From Leucoraja erinacea (Eukaryota), in contig NC_073388.1 of the NCBI RefSeq assembly GCF_028641065.1, positions 24,304,001-24,368,000 of the forward strand: 64,000 bases of DNA, written 5' to 3'. The position numbers were made by a program, and so were the translations under genes. Positions 23,201 to 35,200 of this stretch are shown piece after piece. The first letter of the stretch is position 1, and every line of letters starts with the position of its first letter. The notes under the pieces were generated by a model. The model worked only from the letters and a program-made list of their open reading frames with translations. It did not search any database and had not been told where the DNA came from.

Positions 23201-26200
23201 ATCAACAAATGAGGCACGCTAGATTTTTTAAAACAGATTCTATTCATTAACCTCCGCAACAAGCCTAAACTCAGGCAATAAAAGGGACAATGCAATGTGC
23301 TAAATGGCAGGTTTTGCGGACAATCATCTTATAGGAAGCACTTTTCAAAGGACAACACTTAAAAGTGAAACAAAGAGAAATAAGCAGGATTACAACGGGA
23401 CATTATTATCAGCTTATTTTCTATGCATGTCTGCTAACATGCAGTAGTGTTCCTGTGGTCGGCTACCCATCAATAGAGCTGTCCTGCCATGGCACACTCC
23501 CCAATTGTGAATTGCAGTAAGCGCAGAGATGGCCTCTTTGCTCTTTCCCACTGTATGTGCCCGAGTTACCTTTGAAACGCTGCAGTGGGACCATTTCCGC
23601 CTCGGTTGCGCCACTTCCCCATGTACCTAGTGTTATTCCCCCTGTGTCACTGTCCACTAGGTCACTGTCCTGGATGGCTGTTGCTGATCCTGCAGCTGCA
23701 CCTCTCATTCGGATCAGGTTGTGCAGAACACATGCTGCATATACTATAGTCTCCACATTCTTGGGCTTCTGCTCCATTGTCTTGAGCAAGCATCTAAATC
23801 TGTTTGCCAAGATGCCAAAAGAATTTAAATCTCACCCTTCTGCCTTCACGCAAGTGTCCTCGATTCACATAGATTAGATTAGATTAGATAGCCTTTATTG
23901 TCATTCAGACCGAAGTCTGAACGAAATTGCAGCAGTCATACATATAATACAATAAAAACAACAATAAACACATATTAACATCCACCACAGTGAGTCCACC
24001 CAGCATCTCCTCACTGTGATGGAGGCAAAAGTCTTAGGTCTGCAGTCTCTTCCCTCCTCTTCTCCCTCTGCACTGAGGCGATACCCCCCGGGCGATGTTA
24101 TAAATCAGTCCCGCGGCTCAAACACCGCGGCCCGGGGTGGTCGAAGCTGCCGCCCACCAGTCCTGCAGACGGAGCCGCTGGCCCACGGCCGAACCCCGGA
24201 CTCAGGCCACCACCACCAGAACACTGTCCCAGCCACCCTCACGTGAGTACTGCACCGTCTTCAGCCTCGGGCTGGGCCGCCCCGACATGGGCGCTGAACC
24301 TCCCCCCGGACCGGGCTGCCCCGACTTGGGCGCCGGAACTCCACCGGACCGGGCCGGGCTGCCCCGACTTGGGCGCCGAACCTCCCTCGGGCTGCGAGCG
24401 CCGCACCTCCCCGAGCTCGGCCGCTCCGACGGGAGCCTCGTTCCACCCTCGGGCTGGCCGCCCTCACGGGAGCGTCCCAACCTCTTCCAGCCCTGAGCCG
24501 GACCACCATCACGGGAGCGAGCTCAGGGCGAGTCCTGATGGGCTCTGCCTCCGGAGCCTCGAGGTCGTCAGCTCCATTAGGCCTCAGCGCAGACGGAGGC
24601 AGAGAAGGGGAATACGACAAAAAGGTCGCATTCCCCCGCAGGGAGAGACTGCAAACCCCGTTTCAACCCCACCCCCCCCCCCCCCCCCCCCAAAAACACA
24701 AGCTAAAGACCAAAAACTAGACTAACCAAAACAAAATAAACAACACAAAAAACACAAAACAAACGGGACTGCCGGTGAGCCGCTGCAGCCAGAGCCGCGC
24801 CGCCACTCCATATAGAGGGCTGCTGCATACAGCGCGTCAATGAAAAACACCACCATCCTGTACTCGAAACTACTTAGTACAGGCATGTCTCCAAATGAGC
24901 CAATTCAACCAAGGGAGGATATTTATAGTGTGTGAAAAAAAAAGTTACATCATTTGTGCCACGTGATGATTTAACAACACTTCACAGTACACAATGTTCA
25001 TTCAATATTTAACGGGAAAGTTCGGGAGACGGATAAGTCACTCGCACAAATAACAGAAATGCCGATTACCCGTGGGAACTCTTTATCTACCCCCCGTTAT
25101 ATAGTGTGATATCGTGCTAGACCATGACCACTTCACTCTGGTTACATCTTGCGTCAAGTCGCCCCGTGAGAAAGTGACATAAGGCTTCTTCCTGCAGTTC
25201 ACACTTGTCTCAAGAGATGGTGCTGACAGTCTAGGTTTCTTAATGGCAGCTCAGCTTTGGGCTTGAAGAGGCAACTCTGGATTATCCTGGTGGCCAGCCT
25301 TTGTCCCTGTGTGTGTGTAGGGGTGCAGTCCCTCACGGTCTGTGGGCAGGAAGAGGTTCTGACACCTCAGGGTTGCTGTGACCTCAGCTTTAGCCTCAGT
25401 AGAGGCATTGGCTGTTTGAGCATCTTCCCGGCAGTGCAGTCTTGAGCACAAGGTGGCGTTGGTGGTCTTAGATTTGTCCCAGTGGATCAGTCTTCCTCGA
25501 ACCTGTGACAGGGAAACACAGGGGGTGCTCCACTTTGCTTCCCTTCCCTCTTTCTTACTTCTTTCCTCTTTGCTGTTTGTTCCCTTGTCCTCTCCCTTCT
25601 CCCAGTCTGTCTCTCTGGCTAGAGTTTTATAGGGAGTAGGCTGACAAGGTTTAAGTGGCCAGTCAATATCAGTTAATGGACTCAGCTAAACCAATGCTGC
25701 CGAGCCTGTCCTGGCCTGCCAGCCCTTTACAGGGATCAGGGCGGCATCCAAGGGGGAGGATAATGTCACAGCTGATAGACCAGAACTTTACCGTCACCAG
25801 CAGCCTACAACTAATGTAACTTCTCGCGTTGCTTCACAAGTAGACAGATGTCAACTGGAGACAGAGAAGTTGGTTTGGGGAGATTTGTGAAGGAACCGAG
25901 ATCTGAAAAGACAGGCTTTGGGGGGAAATTATAGAGTGGATACATCGTTACCAATGATAAAGCAAAGCGATGATAGACTAGAGTAAGAGAATTTGGAGGA
26001 AAATGTAAATTGGTTGAACCTAAAATCAACAAGAAATGTAGTAATAATAATGGCTTAAATTCAAGCAGTGGGTTGGAGTGCAAGTGTGGGCCTAAAATGC
26101 CTGAAGTGATGGGCATGGAGGATAAGTGTGGGACAGGAAATGAGCACCTGAGTTTTTGATGCTGGATCTCACACTGGGGATTGGAGAGTGGTGATGAATG

Positions 26201-29200
26201 GGATGTCAGAATGTTGAGTGTTAGAGCAGTAGATCTAGAGTGACTAGTTTGTGCATATGACTTTTGGCGTGGAGAGCCAAGTTAAGGAGAACAATGTTGT
26301 GGAGATGGAATGAAGGAAAGTGATGGAGGAAGTACGACATCTAAAACACAACATAGTTGCAAAACTACATGCTGAAATACGATTTGGTTTTAAAGAGTTT
26401 GAATACACAAATCGTAATTTTAATGCAGTACCTTTCATTAGTAAGTTGAGCGTGGAAACGATATTATTTTGTAGCATAACCAGAGGGTACTGGGGTTGCT
26501 ACCTACAATTGTTGTTGTGCAGTCTAGAATACTCACATACCTTGTACCTCTCTCCATGCAGCGTCTCCACGTCAACAGTACCCTCCGCTTGTTTAACTCC
26601 CACCACCGGTCTGTTCAATCTCACACTGTCCTTCATTCTTTCAGCCAGACGCTCACTTATTTGTCCTGAGCCGCCAATAAATTTCCTTTCCTGAGAAAAG
26701 AAGCATTAACATCAATATGTCGCATCTTCAAAGAAAAACCAGTGGAGGAAACAGCATTTAAAATATCTTTATAAAATTTCAAAATGTTCTAGGAAAAGGT
26801 TTTTTTGGAAACAAGGGAAAGTGTGGCTGGGGAATGCATTGTTAGAGTAAGTGATTGAAGGATTAATCAGATGAGCATTTAGTAATAATTTCGATAAAGA
26901 GGATAGAGAATCTAATCCCATCCAAATTTTCAGAATGATTTATTTTGTTCAGTATGGACTGATTTGTCCAAAAGGTCCATAATTCTCTGTAATTGTTCAT
27001 AAAAAGAGATCTGAATATTATGATACTCCAGCACCGTGTCTTTGTGTGTAAATTAGCACCTGCAGATTTTTGTTTCTATATTGTGATACTCAGTTGCATG
27101 CAGAGGTGAGCGTGGGTTGAACCTGCTGGTGTAAAATGGGTGACAGCTATTCAACAGTTCAATTCACAAGTTCCTGATTTATATTTCCATTGGCTTCAAA
27201 GTCATGAGCCACCTCTCACTGTGTCAGTGCCTTTCAAACTGTCAACAATTTACAATCTATTTCCTGATTGCATTATAGCAACAAGGATTTTGTTCCAGGT
27301 GGTCCTGAAATTTTGCAACACAAACGCAATCTTTCTTTTATTGTCAAGTCCAGAAATTCCTGCTGATAATATAGATAGACAAAAACCTTAATATTTTTAT
27401 TTGACATTATTGTGACTTTTTAAAATCAGGATAAAACTTATTTAAATATGAATGTTACGCATAACAACATCACCACCAGTTAATGCAGTTAAAGACCCGA
27501 AGCAGAGCTATAAGGATATATTTTTATTCTATCTTGGAAAATAACTTCTGGCTTTAGCTTAAGTTTTCATAAGTGCAATTGCAAAAGCAATTCAAGTATT
27601 TTTCCTGAGTTGAAGGTATTAGTGCAAAGTTAATTTAATGATATTAATCTGACAGAATTCCTGAACCATATTAACTATCTCACTTGTCAGTAGAAATTGT
27701 AAGTATGTGAATATTAGGCTCTCAAACCTGGCCTCCATTAGTGGTAGAAAATATTCGTCTCGTCCCTCCACATTGTTTCACATACCACAGAAACCAAAGT
27801 GCAGATACTTCATGAGGCTCTGAAGTGACATTCACATTGACAAAGAGTGTGGCAAATTCCCTCGCCGTTCTGCAATTAAACATACACGGTCAATATTTAA
27901 AAGTATTTAATGATCTCCATTCTATGATCACCTTAAAAGAGCCTAAACAATTTAAAAAGGGATTTTGAACCACTACTTCCTGAGAGAAGTTTATTATCAT
28001 AATAGGCACCCACCTAGGTACTGGCATTTTCATCCAAATGAAAGGCTCGCTTCCAGTTTGTTGATGGAACAGCGTGAAATGCCAAGAGAAAATAGACGGG
28101 TGTCTTTCTCCTTCCTCTCTGGGGAACGATTGGCATTCTAACCTGGGAATATTTGCAATTTGACTTATTTTGAGGAAAGTCTAATTTGGATGAAACCTAT
28201 GCCTATCCAGTTGAACCTGATTTGAAAACTGATATCCTTGGTATTGATAGGTACAGAGCTCATCAATAAGATCCATCTATTCAAGGTGCAAGGTTTCTGA
28301 AGTAGGCTGTTGCATTTGCTCTCATGGTGGCAAGACCGAGCTCATGTTCGTAAACAGCAGAACATTGCTGTTGTGGGAAAGATTTTCTTTACAGAATATT
28401 ACCTTCTGTTGAGAATACCATCACAAACAGAAATGAGCGGTCAGTAGCAGCCCACCTGGTCCAGCAAAGTTTGTCAATTAACTGTTTCATGGTCATGTTA
28501 TCCCACTCTTCTCCACGTTGAGTGTTCCATGGTGCATCTGCAGGAATCTACAAATATCAAATTAACAATTCTGATCAATTCATGATAATGAAAAAGGCTG
28601 GCAACATGGGATTGAGTTAGAATACTGCCTCCCCCCCCCCCATTTCAAATACTTATTTAGAAATTCTATACAGATGGAAAATAAACAAAGTCTCCTTACG
28701 ATGGTAATTTATCAAAAATTATATTCTCCAGTTCCAGGGATAAAATTCCTGACAAAACAAATTAATTGGATCCAAAATTTCCAGGTTGATCGAGGGCATA
28801 GCTAAACAATTGCACTTCTGATAGGCCCTATAATTCCTGGTAGGGGCAGATATTTGGCAGATGAATTGACTGGCCTAAGCTCAGTTCAGTTCACTCCCCA
28901 GCAGATGCTAGTTTATAAAAAAAAAGGCCAAGTCTTTTTGGAGTAACCCAGCAGATTAGGCAGTATCTCCAGAGGATGTGGATAGGTGATGTTTCTGGTC
29001 GGGAACTTTCTTCATGTTAAGTTCCAACCTGAAACATCACCTATCCATGTTCTCCGGAGATGCTGCCTGACCCACTGAGACATTCCAACAATAGAGACAA
29101 TAGACAATAGACAATAAGTGCAGGAGTAGGCCATTTGGCCCTTCGATCCAGCACCGCCATTCAATGTGCGCTGATCACCCCCAATCAGTACCTCGTTCCT

Positions 29201-32200
29201 GCCTTCTCCCCATATCCCCTGACTCCGTTATTTTTACGAGCCCTATCTTTGTCTTTTACAGTTAAATCCTTGTCCTTACAATGATCACTGTATGCAAGTA
29301 ACAGAGTGAGGAGAAGATTGTGTGAACACTGCAAATCCTGTTCCTTTGAAAATGTAGCAACTATTTAAAATGTACTGTTTGCCAAGATCCATTCATCAAC
29401 GCAATTCTACTTGGTTCAAGGGAAGCTATGCAATTGTTGGTGGCCATATCTTGGATCCATAGCCAGTCTGCTACTTACGTTGTATTCAGAAAACTTTTAT
29501 TATTTTTGGAATTGAACTATTTCAACACAATTAACAAACTAATCTGGGCTCCACAATGGGTTTCTGAGAATACTGGAGGAGGAGATAACATCAACAAATA
29601 ATCTAAATTCTGCTCTTCCAGCCAGAACTACTTGTTACATTTAGATTTTCCAAGGCATTTGCCAGGGTTTTGTCTCCAGAAGTGGTGCCTCAATCGACTT
29701 TCCTTGTAGGCCAGGCTTACTTCACTGAGCCACAGGTGAGCATTTTATCACTTCAGTACTTTACAACACAGTCTTTGATAACATATTTGCCTTGGCATCC
29801 TAGTCTATAACATTTGAGTGTTTCCACCCAGATGACAGTGTGGGCCATTGAATGTTTCAGAATTATTAGAATTGCTAAGGGCTGTTAGATTTGTTGAATA
29901 CTTCCTTGAGTTACTGGGTTCTTGAAATGTAGGGCCTCAGATTTATTACAACTAGAAACATTTTGATCAGTCAGCAGATGTCTTTTAGTAAACCTGGAGT
30001 CTGGTTCATGGTCAGCACAGATTTTAAGATTCACTGACTTCCTATAAAAACTATGATAATAAGGATAAAAACATTAAAAATAAATGTTGGGCTCTTTCAA
30101 ACTCTCAATAACATGTTCCAGGAAAGAAGCATGCCTGTCACCTCATTTCCCATGTCATCCAAAGTTCTCCAGAAGTTGTTGTAGTCCATATAAGCAATCG
30201 GGTTCCACACAGGAGGGAATGGCCCATTAAATGGGTAAGATTTCCCCTGCAAAACAAGATAACGAAGGCTATTCACCTGAAAAAAATCCATATGCATCCA
30301 CGGGCTTTGTGCCCATGGTTACTTGATGGAGCACTTGGCATATATCCATTTCTCAAAGATGAATGGTTAAATGTTAGTTTTGTACCCATTGCACACTCAA
30401 TAGTCAGATGTCTTCTCTCGTTCTCACCTTCCACCCCCACCATGCCCAGTCCAAAGCAAGCGCTGTCTGCGGAGGGCGCTCAGCATCGCCAAGGACTGCT
30501 CTCACCCCAACCATGGACTGTTTACCCTCTTACCATCCGGGAGGCGCTACAGGTCTCTCCATTGCCGGACCAGCAGGTCCAGGAACAGCTTCTTCCCTGC
30601 GGCTGTCACTCTACTCAACAATGTACCTCGGTGACTGCCAAAGGTAAGGAAATCCAAGAGGGATATTTATTGTTTGTGGGTGATGGGAATACTTGATAGC
30701 ATTGGAACACTTGTCAAATGAGCCTTCATATATATGTATTCCCTCAGTAAGAAACAATAGCTGAATCCAAAGGCAACAGGATACAGACCTGAATCAATCA
30801 AATATTTCAACAATGTTATCATCAGAAGTGTCTCCGCTTTTGGCGTGGCATTATCTACAGCATCTTATCGGTGGATGCAGTGAGCGGGAAGTCTCCGGCT
30901 CCTTGCCCAGCAATCTCAGATTCATAAGTTGCCTGGAAACAAGATACTCTAAGCAGACACCAANNNNNNNNNNNNNNNNNNNNNNNNNNNNNNNNNNNNN
31001 NNNNNNNNNNNNNNNNNNNNNNNNNNNNNNNNNNNNNNNNNNNNNNNNNNNNNNNNNNNNNNNNNNNNNNNNNNNNNNNNNNNNNNNNNNNNNNCTCTGT
31101 GTTTATTACTGTGATAACTTTGTCTCTAATTGTAATTGCTGTCCATGGTTTGTGTCAGAATCGTTCATCATGGAAAGTCTTTAAAGTTGATACTAAATAC
31201 AAACAAGATTTAACTGATGCTACATTATCATGGTTGCTAGGCACATGGTGACAGAATCACACCATTGTAGATGTAGTCGATCGTGTTGTATAATTCAATG
31301 TCACACCACAAAGCCATTCAGAAAGATGGTTTGGTCAGTCAGTTATACGAAGACGAAGGCTTAGACAGATTGTTACATGACATGGTTTTTGTGGGGATCC
31401 GATAGCCAGTGGCAGAATATTGGGGACTGCCATTAAACTAATATCAACAACCAAGTAATTAAATAAAATTGAATAAACTAATCATAGCATTTGAAAAAGT
31501 GTCAATCCAAAACATATTTATATGTCATAAACTGTATATAGTGACAATGCTATTCTTAACAAAACTCAAAGTTTGCATACACAGTCAGTATTATTCCCAG
31601 TCAGAATGAAAGTTATAAACAATTCCCTTGTCAATCACACATTGTGTAATTATGCAATTAAATCAAGCTTTATAACTCAATTAAGAGTTACTCTCTCATA
31701 ACAGGGAATAAAAAATAAGATTTCAGTGTCTGTGGGCTCTTTGGGACTGCTGCTTGATAAGGCACATTACAATAAACTTAAGTATCTAATATTAAAAACA
31801 CTCAACTCTTAACTAATCCCAATGGCTGGATTTCCTGTCTTTTTTTTTTGACTGTCTCTCGTTTTCTCATCGTACCACACATCAGTAAACTCAAACAGAT
31901 AAATTAAAAATGACAGCCTCACTTCAGGGCCTTTCATTTTTATTCTGTATCCATAACAACAGAAGCAAAATACAAGCACAAAAGAGCAATTTGTCTCTGG
32001 GAAACAGTGATAGAGGCACATTTCCATGTATATCAAAGGAGAAACAACTAGACTTTTTATCTCCAGTTATAATGAAAGGATGCGCATAATATAATGCATG
32101 AAAATTTCCATGTGGAGCTTTGTGATAATTGCTATCACTTTAACAATCATGAGTCACTTTACTTCTTTTGATGTAGGTAACCAGGTGCATCTGTCACTAA

Positions 32201-35200
32201 CAAATAATAATTTTGTTTTATTTTTAGCAAAGTTTAAATGCTTAAAGTGTCGTCGACTTGTTGAATCATCACCAAACCCAGCACAAAGAAAGTGGTAAGA
32301 GATGGCAGGTATGATTTGAATATCAATCCTTTTTTCTTCCTTTGACAATTCATCAATTACCACATGAATTATTGCTTCAACATCACAAGATAGAGAAATA
32401 AGTGGGAAAAATGTACTCCCTCTAAAACTGGATATTTGTCATCAGATTTGCAGTTTAGAAATGTCTGCATTGTGCAGATATAAAACAACATTGACAGGTA
32501 CTTTTACTAAGAAAAGTATATTCTCAAAGCACCTTTAAAAAAAATTGCATCTGTATTTGATCTTTTTTCCTAATAACGTGCTGATGAAGAAAAAATATTC
32601 TAGGCTATGAATATTTATATTAATTTTAATAAAGCCATTGAGATTTCTCAAAATGAAGATCATTTTCAACATTCCATTTCCATGTGAGCCTTGATACAAC
32701 TGGCCTCAAATGTGGAACTAAACAGCAATATTAGGCAGATTTGAATTACAAGGAATCAGACTAAAATATTTCATTAAATTTGATATAATGAACCCTCTGT
32801 TAGCCATCAATTTAAACTTCCATTGGAAAAGTAAATGAAGAACATTTACAAGATTCCTCTGGCATTTTTATTGGTCTTCCCCTGCAATAATAACAGGACA
32901 TTTTAACATCCTTCTATGGAAATTCAAGCCTAATATATATTTTTATATTTAATGAGGTATTATAAAGACTGACAGCCAAAGCGTAATGGTAGTTATTTGA
33001 TAATTGAATACCAGTCAGTCCAAATGAAGTAACATTTGAATGCAGTTTTGAATCTTTTTTGAAAGTCTCAAGATTGTTGCCATGTGACACACAGGCAGGG
33101 AATGTAATTTTATTTCAAAAGAAAGTGATTCATGCGAGGCAGTTTGATATTCCATTTTGAAGAAGATACAAGGAAGGTCCGGCCATGTCTGTCATCTGCT
33201 CAATTGATCATCCACAAAACGACAAATATCAGCAACAATGAGCGCTTCATTCTCTAGAATTACATCCTTTAACTCCAATATTATTAGAAAATGAAAGAAT
33301 ATTTTACCTTTACAAAGTGAATCAGTTTCTCTTTCTCATTTACTTTGTAAGTCTCTATTTCCAGCTCCTTGGCCAAACGCAAAATCCGGTTTTGTGTCGG
33401 TCCAATATATGCTCCCCCTAAGTCAACGTACTGGAACTCTGGACCCTACAAGGAATAATTGCATCAATGAATAACCATTTTCTTTTTAATTTCTTGCCTG
33501 TTCCTTTAACAGCGATGACTTCTGCTGGTTCACAGTTCTCTTGGTGGTGGTATCCTTAATGCTTCCTGAAATACTATTTATGATGGGCACATCTTGGCAA
33601 TCATTGTGGATGTGCTATTCAACAGTGTGTGAAAGGCAAGGCAAATTCTTGTATTATAGGGTGATTTCACTAAAGGTCACTGGAGCGTAGATCCGCACCC
33701 ACGTGACCAAAATTCTCAAGTGGAGGACACTCGAGGGTTCGGTACATGTTAGTGGATGGGAAAAAACGCATTTTCCCACCCGTTAATAACATAGAAAACG
33801 GCGAGGTTGTGAGCTGCAAATTACTGTGCCAGTCGGGGTGACCGTGAGGCACAGCTACCTAGATTTACAGGGAAAAAAAAAGATAGCAAGTAAGGTAAAT
33901 TCAAGAGGGAACTGAAGGTGCCAAACCGGCGGAAATGAACAGCCGGCATTTGCCGTGGATATTTACAGGTCCAAAATATCGGGAATTATCGCGTTTGCTC
34001 GCTGAATTTATCAAAAGTAAGTTAATAATGCCTTACTTTTGATGAAATTCAGCGAGCAAACGCGATAATTCCCGATATTTTGGACCTGTAAATATCCACG
34101 GCAAATGTCGGCTGTTCATTTCCGCCGGATTGGCACCTTCAGTTCCGTCTTGAATTTACCTTACTTGCTATCTTTTTTTTCCCTGTAAATCTAGGTAGCT
34201 GTGCCTCACGGTCACCCCGACTGGCACAGTAAATTGCAGCTCACAACCTCGCCGTTTTCTATGTTTTTAACGGGTGGGAAAATGCGTTTTTTCCCATCCA
34301 CTAACATGTACCGAACCCTCGAGTGTCCTCCACTTGAGAATTTTGGTCACGTAGGTGCGGATCTACGCTCCAGTGACCTTTAGTGAAATCGCCCTATACA
34401 ACATAGAACAGTACAGCATAGGAATGGCCCTTCAGCCCACAACGTTAGTGCCGAATAGGATGCCAAGTTGAACTGACATCATCTGCCTGTAGATAATCCA
34501 AATCCCTCTATTCCTTGCACTTCCAAGCGCCTGTCTGAAATCCTCCCAAATGCCACTATCGTATCTGCTGCTCCCACCACCACCATTGGCAATGTGTTCC
34601 AAGCCCTCACTACTCTGTGTAAATGAAATTCATGCATGCACATTAACCAGCAGGAATCACTTAACAGGAATTGGCAACAGTGATTATTTTTCAATATAAC
34701 ATTTAATATTTTTCATGCATATTTTTAATACAAAAGCCAAATCTGCCAATAGCATCTTGTTATAAATTTCCTGATATAAAGACCCATTCTTGATATACTT
34801 TTTTCAGTACAAAGAAAACAAACTTTACATTGGAGAAAAAACAATTGTCCTTAGCATGCAAGATAAAAGGAAAATAAGGAATTTGAGCAGAAAGGTTTGT
34901 TTTTGCCTGAATTGAAGGGCGGGGAAAGAGGAGGGATGACAATGGAGGACCAAGGAGGATTTTGGTTGCGCTGAGCATGGAAGAGATCAACCAGGGTAGG
35001 GGGTGGGAATGGGAAATTAGCTCCATAGCCGTGTGTTGGGAGAAGGGAAGTTTTCAGCAAGTGAACACTTCATTTTCACAGGTGGATTCTACTGCTTTGT
35101 GGGGGGAGCCAAATAACACGTTGCAATGATATACTTGTGATAGGTTTGCAGTCAGCAAATATTATAGATAGACACACGCTGGGTGCTGAAATAATTCCTT

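Larger units (their letters stand above)
22238..25179 (-). mobile_element. PIF/Harbinger DNA transposon, internally deleted
   Basis: ~45-bp TIRs (..CTTTCTCACGGGGCGACTTGA.GCAAGA.GTAACCAGAGT at both ends), TAA TSD at 22235-22237 and 25180-25182, and a transposase remnant inside. Confidence 0.88.

Noticed and set aside
24270-24420. Short repeats with variable spacing that superficially resemble a CRISPR array
   Set aside because: Eukaryotic retroelement-internal tandem repeats; the spacers are short and related, and there are no cas genes.
24016-24725. Long Pro/Arg/Gly-rich ORFs on both strands (also at 44484-45241 and 7192-7729)
   Set aside because: Stop-codon depletion in GC-rich repeats; no domain motifs.
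33670-34383. Two near-identical 60-aa ORFs on opposite strands
   Set aside because: A by-product of the palindrome; GTG starts and no recognisable domain.
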